Assembly: GCA_964188305.1 (NCBI GenBank)
Contig: OZ076892.1
Length of the DNA: 64,000 bases
From: Podarcis bocagei
Lineage: Eukaryota
Strand: one strand, 5' to 3'
This document shows positions 1-13,700 of this stretch, in pieces; within the stretch, counting starts at the first letter, position 1, and each line of letters begins with the position of its first letter. A program made the translations under genes and the position numbers. The notes under the pieces were generated by a model. It searched no databases, was not told the origin of the DNA, and was given only the letters and a program-made list of their open reading frames with translations.

Positions 1-343
1 AGAGTGGATGCCTGTCTTATCTCAACAGGGATGCTGTTCCACAAAGCAGGGACTGTGGAGAAGGTTTCTGTTATTTCTAGCACTTTGAGGAGAGATGCTC
101 CTGCAGAACGCAGGGCATAAAGGACATGTACAAGATAAGGAAATCTCTCAAGTAACCTGGCCCTGAGCCCTTTATGTTAGTACCAAGCTGCTACCTTGAA
201 CTTGGGTAGCAGCTTGGCAGCCACTACAAATCCTGCAAGCAAGGTGCTAAGTTCTGGCAGTAGTTTGCCCCCACAAGAAACTTGGCCACTAAGTTCTGCA
301 CCAGCTGAAGCCTCTGGACCAATTTCAAAGGTAGCCCCACATA

Positions 344-479
344 CAGCTCAGTCGGTAACAACATGAGATAATCTCAGGGCTGTGGGTTCAAGCTCACATT
401 GGGCAAAAAGATTCCTGCATTGCAGGGGTTTGGACAAGATGAGCCCCGTGGTCCCTTCCAGCTCTCTGATTCTAAGATT
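344..479 (+). mobile_element. tRNA-derived SINE with CR1-type 3' tail
   Basis: A-box-like CAGCTCAGTCGGTA and B-box-like GGGTTCAAG, followed by the CR1 3' end (GATTCCTGCATTGCAGGGG..GGAC..GGTCCCTTCCAGCTCTCTGATTCTAAGATT). The same tail recurs at 33546-33612, 48711-48786 and 52488-52560. Confidence 0.7.
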
Positions 480-1949
480 TAATAAAGCTATGAAAATGAA
501 TTGATGAGTTTCAATCCATCCCTTTTACGGTGGACTCTCCTCACCTGTCAAAGTGATCTAGCAGCCGTGATGAGTGATTCAATCATGGAACCCAGGAGTT
601 CCCCTCTGCCTCTCTGGTTCTTCAAGTACAGCATGTGGCAAGAAACAGGTTTGGTTTTCCTCCTACGGCAACACCAACATGGCAGGGTCAGGGTCCAGAA
701 ATCAGGGCAGCTTCTCAAACTCACTGGCCAGGTGATGTTCTGTTGTTCTTCCTCACTGAAAGGCTCCAAAGGGAGGTTGCTGCCTTCTTAAGTGCAGAAA
801 GTCCAGGGAGAGGGATGCCAGTTTGCCAGTCGGTGGGGCTGCATGCCTGGGAAGACAAGGCTGTCACTCCTGCTGGTCACCCTTGTCTGTCTCTCCACAG
901 CTCTCTGCTCCTCACTTGATGTCTTGCAAAAGAGAGACCCTGCTAGTCTCCTGGCCCCCACTGGGAAACATAAAACATACCCAAACACTGGAGAAAAACA
1001 GAATAAAATAGTGATACAATTTGATGTCCCCAAAAAGTCTGGACTGGATGCAGGGCTGCAGCCAGCAGCTGACTAGCCCTCTGAGTGCTGAGGAAGATTT
1101 TCCCCCACTTGTGGTCAGACCCAACAGCTCCAGCTCCTGCCTCAGAGACAGCTTGCTGAGGCGATGGGCTGCGGAAGGCCATCAGAGGTCTGGCATGGAG
1201 TTGAGGGCAGGCGCTGCCAAAACCAAGCAGGCTTCTAAGTGCATGCGCCCTACCACCAAAAAGGGGATCAGTTTCTAAAACCTCTAAGTTAGGATTGTGT
1301 AGCCACTCTCCAGAGAAACCAAGATCTCCCCCTACCAGAAGGGTGGAAAATAAGAATTCAGGTCACCCTCTGCCATGAATAAGAGTGAGTGGGGTGAGGT
1401 GGGAGAAGGTTGATGCTCACAGCCCAAGGCAGTCCTCCTCCAGTTTGGCCCTTGCAACTCCCTCATTACGCCTATTGTTGTAACACACACATACTGTATC
1501 CCACAATGCAATCCATCAACCACACTCAGAGCTGGTTCTACCTCTGGGCAAAAGGGACAGTTGTCATGTGTGCCAAGCCTCTTGGAGGTCTGAGAAAGCT
1601 GGCATATGGACCTCATAACTCCCCTCCCTCCCTCCCAAGCAGAGAGGTCCCCTTTTAGGCAGGAAGGCAGGAAGTCACTGTTCTGTAGATCAATGTGCTT
1701 CTGAATATGGGGGGGGGGGGTCCTCCACTTTCAATGGAAGTATATTGGTGAAAAATAGCTCTGAAAAATAGGCTGTTTCTGAAGGGGCCACTCAGTCTTA
1801 TGGACTATGCAGTTCTGCGCTAGGTCCAAAGCATGCATAGACAACCAGCATAAATCATTTGTGGCTTTGTGGGAGTAGGAGCTGGTCTTTCACACAGACA
1901 TACCAACTAGAATCAATGCAGGCCAATCTGCAAAACTGAATCAGTAGTT

Positions 1950-2098
1950 GAATCAGACCCAGGTTTGGTCCCCAATAATTTCTCCGGTTAGGGCTGGAGT
2001 CGGACTTCCCTGGAACCCTGGAGAGCCTTTACTGCCATTCAGTGTAGTAGACAGTATGAACCAATGAACTCAGCATAAGCGCATTCCCTGTGTTCCTT
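1950..2098 (+). mobile_element. Diverged squamate SINE copy (family not named)
   Basis: CCCAGGTT..CCCC..CTCC.GGTTAGGGCTGG..CCCTGGAGAGCC..CTGCCATTCAGTGTAG..ACTCAGCATAAG..TGTTCC. Related copies at ~19455-19625, ~24400-24575 and on the minus strand at ~10150-10270. Confidence 0.55.
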
Positions 2099-3619
2099 TT
2101 CCTAAAGTGCTAATAATAAAGTTGTGTTTTTGCATGACTCCAGCCTTCATCAAGCTGGTGCCCTCCAGATGTTTTTACAACTCCCACCAGCTCCAGCCAA
2201 TGCAGTAATGTATTCCAAAGCATCTTCAGGGCATCAGGTTGGGGAAGGCTGTCCTCAACCATTCAAAGGGATGTTTCCCTGCTTTCAATTCTCTGTGCCT
2301 CTGTAAAGGGGGGGGGTTGCAGAAGCTTCAAGAGGGCACCTTTCTCAGGATTGCAGGCAAGCTCGAATCATGTAGAAGAGGGTTTATGTTGCTCTTTCAG
2401 ACTGGGCATCCCTGCCCACCCCACCCCCCCCGGCCACTGCATACAACTAGAAGTGTAACAGGCATCAATCTCAATGCAATATTCAAAATGACTCCCCTCC
2501 CTAAATGAATGTGTGGACTCTTGCTCTTGGGGTATGAGAGTTGTCCTTAATCCAAGTAAATGTACAGCCCCAGCTAGGAAAAGATGTCCCACCTCTGGGA
2601 GCCTAAGGACTGGGAGCAAAAAGTCCCCCAAAATGGTAGAGCATCACTGCAAGGGCTTGTTGGCATCTGTCAAGAGCCTCTGGCCACAGCAACCACTATT
2701 TTCTTCTACACCTCCCCCTTCCCTAAAGGATTCTAGAGATCTCCACAACAGACTGGAAAGCATGGTAAGAGGCAGGATAATTGTGGTTCATTATGGCTCC
2801 CCCAGAGACCATGGAAATTCCTCATCACATAAACCCAAATCTAGGCTAGTGATTTGATCCCTCTGGGATGCTGCTGCCATGGACTGCTTACTCAACTCTG
2901 ACAACTCCAGGAATGATTCACAGAAACCAAAAGCAGTTTCTGGCTATGGCAAAGGAGGCTGCTCATCAGCCTACTTGTGGTATCTGACGGATTTTGTTCC
3001 ATCTCTGGAAAGAAGAGTTGCTGCAGAAAAACGCAATCCTAGCAATTATTGCCCGTAAGCATCAATCTGCTGAAAAGAAATAACCCAATTGTTTCTGCCA
3101 GTGTTACCAAAGAGGATATATCCTGTGCAAAAATGAGAGTTGTTGCCATTTCTCTTCAAATTTTACCTCCTTTGTGAGTTGACTGACAGGTTTGTAAGCC
3201 CCTGAGCTAGGTATGTGTGCACTGCTGCTGGGAAAGGGGGTCATGGTGTACCTCAGGGGAAACAGGGCGACTTGAGAAACACGATCTCTGACAATACAAG
3301 CCCAATCATGTCTATTCAGAAAAAAATCGTGCTGAATTCAACTGCACTTACACAATATAAATTTATACCCGTTTAATCATATTTCAATAAAAAGCAAGCA
3401 GGGGGCCAACCCAAAAGATCCACAGGCCAGCTTTTATCTTCACTTACAAACTGAAAAAGGAAATTACTCTTGGGTCTTAAAGCAGATGGAAAGCACGTTG
3501 AAAGTAAAAATGTAAAGTTCTGAGCTAAACAAATCTATTCTGAAAGAAGAGTTCTTATTCATTCCTATAAAACCAGCCTTAAATGAATGCTGGCCTGACT
3601 TAGCTAAGGGCGCTCTGCC

Positions 3620-4750
3620 TCCTAGTGGCAGCGCCTGAGCCCGGGGGTGCGGAGAAGGTGGTCGGGGGGAGAGACACCCACCCTCCCCAAGGAAGAAGGG
3701 GCGGAGATGGCCACGGCGGGAGTGAGGAGCAAAAAACGTTCTGCCCCGGGCATGCAAAACTCGGGAGCCAGGCTGGGTTGAAGGGGCGTCCGGTGCGAGG
3801 AAGCTACCCCTGTGGGGTAGAGGCAAATCGAAAGAGAGCCTCACCAAGAAACCCCAGCCCACGCGGAGCGAGGGACCGATCGGAGGTCGGTCCGCCGTTC
3901 CTTCCCTTCCGCTGCGGAAACTTCGCTGCTGGCATCGCCGGGGCTGCCCCTTCTGGCTGGAGCGCGCGCACGTGGAGCAGGCAGCAAATGGCTCCGCCCA
4001 CCAGACCAGCGGCGGCCAATCAGGCTTCGGCGCGCCCCCCTCCCTAGGACCAAAGAGCTCGGGACTCTGTGGGCGCAGATACTTCCGGCTCTCAGTGGTC
4101 AGCAGGAGTGGCCCGCATGGGTCTCTCCCGGTGTGTGTTGGTGTATTGTGTGTGGCCAGTAGAGGACGGCGGAGACCGGGTGGGCGGGGCTAGTAGCTCC
4201 TCCCTCTGCTGTGTTTCGACTCCGCCCCTCGCCCCTCCCGCAATTCGGCTCAGACTCTCTCGCCGGGACTGAGGCGAGGCTTGCCTGGGCGCCGCAGCCA
4301 TGGGCGAGCCTCCCGCTCCTTCCGCTTCGCCGCCTCCGGGCTCGGTGCTGTGCCGGCTGCAGTACCTGGAGGACGGGGACCCCTTCTCGTGCGCCGCCTT
4401 CCCGGAGCCGCGCCGCCCGCCCGCCCAGCCCGTCGCCGAGGCGCTGCCGCTCGCCGCCCAGCTGCCCGCCTTCCACCGCCTTCTCGACGCCCCGCTCCCG
4501 GTGAGAGAGAGAGATGTGCGCGGCCTCTGAGCGCGTGCAGAGCGCCGGCAGGCGAAACCGCAGCCGTAAGGTGCAACGGGGCAGGAGGCGGTAGAAGCCT
4601 CTGGCTGTGCTCCCCTCAGAAGTCCACGGGGCCAGCTGCTCCCTGGATGGGGCTGCCTGGCGCCGCCGCCCGTGGCTACTAGTCCCGGTGGCTCTTGGTG
4701 CGAGGGGAGGACAGCGCTGTGCGCAGCTGGGGAGGTTGCTGCTTCCTGAA
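3620..4750. promoter_or_regulatory. CpG-island promoter of FHOD1 (possibly bidirectional)
   Basis: Very CpG/GC-rich. Contains E-box CACGTG (3969-3974), CCAAT (4016-4020), ETS motif ACTTCCGG (4081-4088) and GC boxes (~4182-4190, ~4220-4227) just upstream of ATG 4300. Confidence 0.85.
4300..4500 (+). CDS. FHOD1: FHOD1 exon 1 (201 nt coding)
   Basis: Kozak GCCATGG; [33 protein letters not shown]; donor GTGAGA at 4501. Confidence 0.95.
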
Positions 4751-7700
4751 GCCCCACGGTGGTCATGTGCTTGGTTCCTATCAGGGCAGGATGCTGGGGT
4801 GGGGGTAGGAGAGAGGGGTGATCCAGCTTCTGGGAAGCAGCATCTGAAGGTCTCCCTGGAGGAGAGAAGAGCCACCAAGGGAGGCCTGGCTTTTTCTCCT
4901 TTTTGCACTCTTGGCATGCTCAAGGGAGATTGGGGCTGGCATAGCTTCCCAAGGGGAGCCCCCCACAGTAAGGTTAGGGTACCCAAAGCTCATCATTCCC
5001 TTATGGGGGGGGGGTTGCCTTCTGCCTTCCTCTCTTGCCTTTAGATTTTTGGTTTCTGCTCTGTAAATTTCTTATTACTTTTAAAACTTCCAGCCTTGCA
5101 CGTGGTCTTACTATAAGTAGGCGGCATACAAATCAGTGATGATGCATTTCTGGCCAGAGTCCCCATCTGCTTTGCCTGGCAATACAACATGGACAAATTT
5201 CTTCTTAAAAGTTGGGTGGTTCCCAGCTTAGAATTTTTGTGTGCAAAATTATGGCTATAGAAGGTCCACTTGCCTAACTTGAGATGGCCTTGTGGTGTAT
5301 TAGAATGCAGTCCAGGTACGTTTGCATTGCGCAATTCTCTGTCTAACATGACATTTTTTTGCAGTCCAGAGATAACAAGAGACAAAAAGCAGTGACAGAG
5401 TTAAAATGATATATAAATTTTTGGCAGCCACAGGCATGAAATAGATAAGCGCTCAAAACACATGCAATAAATGAATATTGTCCAGTTTATATCTTGACAT
5501 CATAGCTGAGAATGTATGCACTGACAAGATATTGATGGGCCTGTAGCATTTGCTGTGCTAGTATGACTCAAACCATATATTTAGGCCAGATCAGATATTT
5601 TGATCACCATAGATTGGTGTTCAGTCATGCTGTTTGGTCAGCCTTGCAGAGGTATCCTAGGAACAGTTATTGGCTGCCTCAGTGGTATAGTCCCTGTGTT
5701 GTGTCTTGTAGCCTGGGCCAGCAGAGGTGGAAGATGTGTGTTTGGGTTGCTTTTCATCTCTTGGCCTCTAAATAAGCTGAACTCCCTACAATTAGATGTT
5801 GGTCTTGATTTGTTGTTTCATTTGCTGCTTTATTTTTGGCATGAAGCAGCTGAATATCTCATGTCAATAGTCATGGGGTATTTTTTTTGTTGCGACTAAA
5901 GGGGGTTGGGAACAAACAGGCAAAGTCGTTCCAACTAAGTGTGCTTGGGTTTTAAACATGTGCTCTAGAGCCAGGCTGTGTGCACAAACAACAACTCTTA
6001 TTATAGTCTAGATATTGCAGATATTGCAGGAATTGAGGGCTAAGTGAGACTTAACCCTCAGTGCCTCTTTGCATTTAACACAGACTCCCCTCACCCCACC
6101 CCTCTGCCGCTGCCACCGCCCTAAAAAAGGCAAAGAGCATCAACTGGGGATTCATCAATTGGGATTGTTGCTACGGTCTTGATGGAGGAATGTAACCCCT
6201 TTCTCTCCTGCTATAGTTTTGGGGAAAATACCTACTGTGAAGATGTTGATGCAAATGGAGGATTTCCTCCCAATGCAAAATACTTGCTTCAGAAGAGGTT
6301 TCCTCAGGAGTGCCTTATTTCCCCTTCCACTCTTCACCTACAAACTTATGAAGTGTTCTCCTTACTCCTGCTATTCATCTTCCAATTCAGCTCTTGCCTT
6401 CCTCCTCTGGCTTCTAAACCTGGAACTGCTCTTGCAAAAATCTGTTGATCTCTCACTACAAAAGTCACTATTTGGTCCTTGTTTGGTGCCTTTGCTACAG
6501 GGGGGGGGGGTCACTCTCTCCTGCTTGACTCTCTTTATGCGAATGGAACGTCACAGCTCCCATCATCCCTGATCATTGGCTGCTGGGAGTTGAAGTACAA
6601 CAGCAGCATCTGGAGGGCCACAGGTCACAAACACACCCTACTTTATGCCCGTCAGTCAGTCTCTGATTCTGTTTTCATCTGGTTTTTTGTCTGTCTAAGT
6701 GTTCTTTCAGTATTTACCTAGGTGGAGTATCTTCCTTTGTTTTCTCTTTGTTGAGGGGCCTGCCTGGGGATCTCTTGTTGTTTTCTGCTCTTTTTTCCAC
6801 ACACTGAATGACCACTTTCCCATGGCTTTCAGGACCACCTGTACACAGAGGTTGAAGCGTAGCTCTTTCCCTTTCACTCCCATTTCTGCATCACCCAACT
6901 GATATTTCTGTTCAGATGCTTCATTGTCTCAAGCGCCACTGCCTCCCAGACTGAACTTTTCATATTTCCTCTTTAGCTCTCCTTTTCTTACTATATTTGT
7001 TGACAATGTTACCATGTATCAGGCAATACATGTGCCTGCAGAGTCTCTGGTGCTCTCCCTGCTGAAATTGGGCTTGGAAGGAAGCTTCCTATTGTAGGCA
7101 ATGGAACAGGTGGGCAGTGTGCGCTTGGTGCCAATGGCAGAGTCCGTGGTTTGCGAATGGGGGCCTAGAAAGCTTGGTTGATTTCCGCCACCCCATGTGT
7201 ACTGTTGAACAGGCCTGCAGGCCTTGGTTGAATGCCCTCCCTGTTCCCTGTATTCACTCTGTAGCTGAGCCATCTTGTTTAACTTCTTTCCAACTTTACA
7301 GAGACCCTCCCTCTGTTTCCTTGAGAAAGGTAGTGACAAAGGTGATTGGTGTGGGCTGCAGAGTGTAGGGTAGACATGAGAAGTGTGGGCTGAGAGACTG
7401 TAAAGGATGCTGGGTGTGTCTCAAGATCAATTTGCTACATGGTAGATGGGTGAGTAGTGGGAAGTGCAAGAGCTCATTGAAAGACCAGGTGGAACATGCC
7501 TGAATTAAAGGTACCAGCCTCAGGCTAAGCGGTTGCTCTCTCTCTCTCCCCCCCCTACTTTTAGAGTGTGAAAATCACTTTAATTAGTGAGTATTGTTAG
7601 TCATATCCTCACATAATTCACTTTTTTGTTTAGTGTTCTTACAAGGGAAATCAGTTCCTGAAATTCTTGTTCCAGACTGACCTTTGTAGTACAAAACATG

Positions 7701-10700
7701 CTTTCTGAAGATGACCCACACTCTGACTCCTGGAATGAGTCTTGTCTGTCCACATTTAATCCTAAAAGCATTTGCAGAGCCTGTCACGTGTGCCCTAGTA
7801 GGGGCGTAGCCTTATTGGAGATGTTGGGCTGATGTAAAGGGGCCTCATTCTGAGGGCATTCCTGATGAAGCAGCAAAGGTGCTGCCCCTTGAGGGTGGAC
7901 TGAGTCCTGGTTTTAGTAGCAGCAAAGCAATGGTGTTGCTGGAAACTTCTCTCCTGTACGCTGAGCAGACGGGATAATCATGCACAGCGAAGACCAGCTT
8001 CTGTGTCCAAAATTAGTCCAGTGACAGTCAGATTTTCCTCTGGAGTTTGTTTCAGCTATTTCATCTGGGAATATTAAAAATAAACGTTCTCCCAAGTATA
8101 CTCAGGGCCATCAAGAACTTCTTGTCCTCTGTCTTGGGAGGGCTATTCCTGACTCCCAACTTTGTGTGCTGCTTTTGACAAGAGGGCTAGTTTCTTGGCC
8201 ATCTTGTTTTCAGTTGTCCCCCACTACCATTGCCTGCCACAGGTAATGATGAGCCAACCTTCCCCAACCTCTTGCTCTCCAGATGTTTGGGGCTGATCGG
8301 AGTTATAGGTGGGTGCCAGCTTGTGGGAGGCTGCTCTAAGATTTGTGCTACATCAGCAAACTTGAGCAGATAAATTCACCCCACCCCCAGGAACTCTATT
8401 TTGGAAGATTCTGAAAGTTGCCATGTTGACAACAGCCTTGATCTCATGCCTGTCTTGCATATCCCAGGTGAGGCTCAGAACTCTGAGGGGCTGGAAAGCA
8501 GAGCAGCCAAGAGAGAAATCCATATGGGTTGCAGGAGCATCTGAGCAAGTGGCACTTCTGAGCAGTACTACACTAGACTCTCCTTCACTGAAGTTTTTAA
8601 AGCAGAGGTTGGATGCCCATCTGTCATTGATGCTTTAGTTGAGATTCCTGGGTTGGACTAGATGACCCTTATGATTCTGTGGCTAGGCTCTGTGACCAGT
8701 GCTGGTTGCTGAGCATCCCCTCCTAACCACAGCCTCTGACTTTCAAGACTTGGGTGAGGCCCACGGCTGCCACACTTCAAAAAGAAGTGCAGGCTGGCCC
8801 TTTCGGAAAACAGAGAGAGCAAGCTTCAGCACACAGCACACGGTGACAGAGTCCTGTGTTTAGATGAGAAGCAGGGCTTAGCCTCAGTTTCCAGGCCAAA
8901 AGGAGAGTTGATCAGCTTGCCTGCCAGAGCAGTCGTGGGTGCCTGTTCGTCATTATGTTCCTTGTTTTCTGAGCACTGTTGGCATGAAGGGTTGGCTCTG
9001 CTTGTGACACCCCTCATTAATCATCAGGGGCTGTTCTCTTTCAGGCACAAGCGCAACGTAAATAGTGTGGTCCTGGTACATTTGTCTCCTTCCTTTCTGC
9101 AGAATTTGAGCCTAAACAATCTGGTCACATGGTGCAGAATGGAAGGTGCAGGGGGAAGGAATGGGATAAGAAAGGTGGGCATCTAGACTGACTTCTCTGA
9201 TGCGAGGCTCGGTTTTGGGGGACAGTAGCCACGAGAAGAGATGTTATGAGTTCTGGAAGCTCTGCCAGCCTGGACAGGTCTAGCTTGTGAGCCTTTCTCA
9301 GATGATGGCCACGTTGCTGGATAAATATGAGAGCTAGGAACTTTCTACTTCTGGTCTCCTCCTGAGATGAGTAGAATGCCAAATTCTCCACTAGACATCT
9401 TCTAATTCCGAAGTGGGAAGTTCTCAGTAGCCAGGATCCCCATCAGGGATTAATTTCTCTCTTGCCTCCTATAGCCTATGGAGGAATGGATCTTGCAGCA
9501 GTTTTTAAATGGTGACTGCAAGAAGCTGTCTGATCCTGAAGCAGACTATTGGGGATCCGTCTGTCTCAGTTTTGTACACACCAGTGGTTCCAGTTAAGTA
9601 CTTCAGACCCTGCTTGGCAGGGGGTTGGACTCGATGGCCCTTGTGGTCTCTTCCAACTCTATGATTCTATGATTCTATGACCCTGTGTTTTTCAGAAGCC
9701 AAGCTATGAACCCCCTACTTTTGAAAATTTTGATATCTGTATAGAAGTTTTTGTTATGTAAATGGACCCCCTGAAGTCCAAAGACCACCAATTGGGAACC
9801 ACTGGTCTACCCAGTGTTAGAAATTAGCCAGACACATTTTGCAACTGGCATGGCTCCAATTGCAACCACATGGAGATCTCTGGATGCCAGGTTGGCGACT
9901 GAGGAAAGCAAAATGCCAGAGGAGGAGGAACTGAAATATTTTCCTTGAAGCCTGAATTGGTTTTATTTGATGTTTTAATGTGATGTAAACCGCTCTGAGG
10001 TTTTTTTCTTTAAAGTATAAAGCGGTATAGAAATGAAATTAATAATAATAATACCTCACCGCAAAAAAGCCCCTAGTCATTCCATTGTGGTGACTGCAGC
10101 CTAGGTTTCAGGTGCCACTTGGCGGTAAGATTATATATCTGAGTCTCTAACAGTGGACTCTACACTAACTGTCAGCAGTTCTTACGCATTCAGGCAGGGA
10201 ATCTTTCCTACTCTCCTTGGAGATGCAACTCAGGATCTTTTGTATGCAAAGCAGATGCCCTACCACTGCGCCTAAAGATGAAAGCTTCTCATGCTAGCTC
10301 ATGGCCTGGCAACTTCCTGGGCAAAAAGAGGTGGTCCTTCTGCTTTAGGGAGGCTGGCAGCACACTCCATGTGCTCATTTTAAAAATAGATTTATATCCT
10401 GTCTTTGAGAAAATTGATCATGAGATACAAGTTAAACATATAACAATATATAGAACGTTCCAACAAAAGGCAGAAAATCAGTACAATATAGTCATAGGTA
10501 AAGCTCGTGGAGACAACCATTAATAAAACAAGCCACCATCCCACGTCCACTAAAACACAGCCAAGCTCAACAGTTGAAAAGTCCTGTCCACTTAGCCTTC
10601 CTTCAAGAAAGATCCTGCAAGAATAATGAAGTTTTAAGATCTCATTAGAAAGCCCGTAGTGCCGCTGTTTGATGGAGCCCAGTTGGCCATGAATCTCATT

Positions 10701-13700
10701 GGAGAGCGGCCACTGCTGCATCCCTGCCAATTCCACCTTTCCTTGGGATGAGCAAAGAAGGGCCTCTGTTGCTGACCCCCAAGTGCAGCCAGGTGTGTGC
10801 GGGTATGGGTGGTCATCCACATATTGATGCCACTTCAGTCCAAGCCTCTGGGTCACTCCCCCCCCCCCGCCCAAGCAGTTTCATGTAGATGTTCATGTAG
10901 ATGTTGCATAGAGGCACTGATCCTTGAGTGAAGGGGTCATGTTTGGATACAGGCCAGCCCGTTGCCTTTTTGAATAGCCCTGCAACATGCCTTTCTGCCT
11001 TCCCAGGCCCATTGTCCTTCACTGAAGCTGTCCAGAACGTGGACAGGCAGGACTGGAATGGCCTGAATCAGTCTTGGAACTGAGAATACTGTGCCCTCTT
11101 TGAGGTTGAGCAGGATTCCTGCCAAAGCTCATCACAGGAGGGAGGGGCAGCAGCAGGCCTGGGACTTGGCCAGCCTTTCTTCTTCACAAGGCTTGTTAAC
11201 TCTACATTGCCTGCCCTTGGAGAGCAACCAAAGAGTTGATGGTGAGGAGGGGATTTGCATCACAGCCCTTTTCCCAAGAGGAGCTGTTTCCTGTATCAGT
11301 ACCTGCTGTGCCTTCCACAGGGAGGAGAAGCATCTCCCTGCCTGTCCTGGCTGAGCAGCAGGTGAGAGGGGCAGCCTAATCCCTCTCTGGATTGCACAGC
11401 TCTCCTTGCATGAATGTGTCGATCCAAGTTTGGCTAGTTTGACAGCCCTTCAGAGTGTTGGATGTGGGGCTTCCTATCCCTGTTCTGATCAATGCAAAGC
11501 CTACTATTTGGAAACAGAGCTGTATCGCTAGTTTGTTTTTGTTTTTTGTTTTTGCTTAAAGGCAATATTCCCCTCAGATCAGGCATTTCCCTTGTGATGG
11601 CTTTTGGGAATAGCTGGGAGCTTCCCGTTGTGGTGATGAGGTCTGACTCAGCATGGGGTGAGTCAGCTGCAAGTCTTGCAAAGGGAGGGAGGGGTGTGGC
11701 GGCAGATCTCAATCTTCCCTGTCTCTGAGATGAAGTTGGTTGCATCTCTCTGGGCTTTCTTGTTAGCATCCGTCTGTCTCTGGAGACAGTGGAGGAGTCT
11801 GCCTTTGGGAGTGAAGGCAAACTGTTGGGAGGAGGAGAGAAACCCCACAGCCCTTGGCTTTTGGTGCAGCCTGCCTGTCTCTGCAGTATTGGGCTAGCAA
11901 CATTTTCCCCTTCCCAAGCTTGACACCTCACTTCCCGTTTTTCCAGCATATCTGGCATACTTGGGTCACCTGGGGAAGCTATTTCTCCCAAGAACCATCC
12001 TCACAATCTTGCTTTGCTCTGCTCTTCAGGCTGATCTCTGTGTCTTTCCTGCAAGCTTCCTCTGCTACTTCTAAAGCAGAAATAGCCCCTACCACGCCAC
12101 TTTTCTTTCCTGTCCCTCTTTCTGAACACCTGGGCTGTCTATTCAGTTGGTGCAGGCAGGGGGCCAAACCACCTTGGCATCTTCTCTAACCTCATCACAT
12201 TGACCACAAAGAGTTTCTGGAAATGAGAGATCCTAGTAGTGTACAGGCATGCTGGCTGTAGATTGACACAAAGCTACCACTGGAAATGGAATCTTTTATG
12301 CAGTTTCAACATATGCTATTCAGTTCCTCAAGCCAGAGGATTCTCCGTGTGACTTACAACACAATTAAAATCCACTTAAGCAGTAAAACCAGTAAACAGA
12401 AAGTGGAATAGAGACACCCAACTCCTTTCTGCAGTCACTCTTTGGGCAGTTCCCTCTTTTGCTGGTCATTTTCAGACATTGCCTCCATCTTCTGCTGGGG
12501 TTTTTATCCACTGAGTGGTCTTTGCATTCCAAGAATTCTGAGTTGCAGCTCACCCTTCCTGAGTTCTTTGCTCACCCCAAGGCTCCTGTTGCTCGTCCAC
12601 TGAGGAAAGCCATCTGCTGGAGGCTCTATCTGCTTTGGGGTCCTCCTTCCTGGGATCCTCCTTCCTGGGGGACGTAGAGCCTAGGGCTTTATTTCATAAT
12701 GGCTTTGGTTCTGCATGCTTTAGAACAGGAGTGGCCCATGGTCGGCATCCAGCCCACCACCGTAGCTGTACCTGTGGCAATTCACCCACATTCAGAGCAG
12801 AGGGAAAGGTAGCACAAGGGTGGAAGCGGAAGCTGCGGGTGGGTTTCTAATCAGCTTAACCTTGCATGCCACCTTTTCTGGTAGCAAGTATTCGTACTTG
12901 AGGGTATGTTTGGAGCCAGGGAGGGTTCTGCGCTAACCACCCCCAAATCATGGGAAGTTGGCTATCACTTCCTTGTGTCTTTTGAGTCACCGGGGGAGAG
13001 TCTGAATTAATTCTTCTGTTAAACTTGAAGGGTTTGGGGAAGGAGCACAGGGTGCCTGTCAGGATGGGCCTGTTCCCTGTGCTAGTCAGCCTTCCTGCCC
13101 TGTTGATTCTCTAAGTGAGCAGGCAGGCAGACTCCCTCTCTAATATTGGATGTGCTTGTGTTTTGCAGCTGGAGGACTGCACCTTGCAAGTCTTGCCTTC
13201 TGGGCACTACCTGGACCTGGAGCTTTCCCTGCTGGAGCAGAAAGATGAGCTGGAAGGGTTCTATGAAGAAATCAGGTGAAAATATCTCTCTGCTGCAGGG
13301 TATATTTACTCTTTCCCAACCTGTATTGGGCAGCACTTTCCATAGGTTTCTGGCTTCACAGGTTGCCATTTAACCCTAACACCTGATGCAATCTTGTCAA
13401 GCAGATCCCGAAATATGGTTGTTAGTAGATGTCCACACTTGTGAGGTTGGCATGGTTAGGTGGTCAGTGCCCCAAGTTCCTCTTGACTCCCTACTGAGCC
13501 AGTGGCATCTTCTCTCTTCAGCTGTTTGGTGAGCAAATGTGTTGAAGAGGAGGGGGAGGAGGTTCCCAGTAGCTGGCTGGCAAGTGTTCTTGGGAAGCAG
13601 ACTGGGGCTCAGGGAGCCTGTGCTGATCTAGGTCCTGTTTCCTTTTCTGTCGTTGCAGCAAAGGGAGACGGCCCATCCTGCTTCTCCGCACACAGCTGTC

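Noticed and set aside
344-420. tRNA-like A/B boxes
   Set aside because: No complete cloverleaf and fused to a CR1 tail, so a SINE head rather than a tRNA gene.
1075-1180. Minus-strand peptide RLSKLSLRQELELLGLTTSGGKSSSALR, reminiscent of a SAP domain
   Set aside because: In-frame TGA a few codons upstream, no convincing splice sites, and only loose similarity.
4092-5044. Long overlapping ORFs (224, 295 and 145 aa) around FHOD1 exon 1
   Set aside because: Stop-poor GC-rich CpG island; low-complexity peptides with no recognisable domain.
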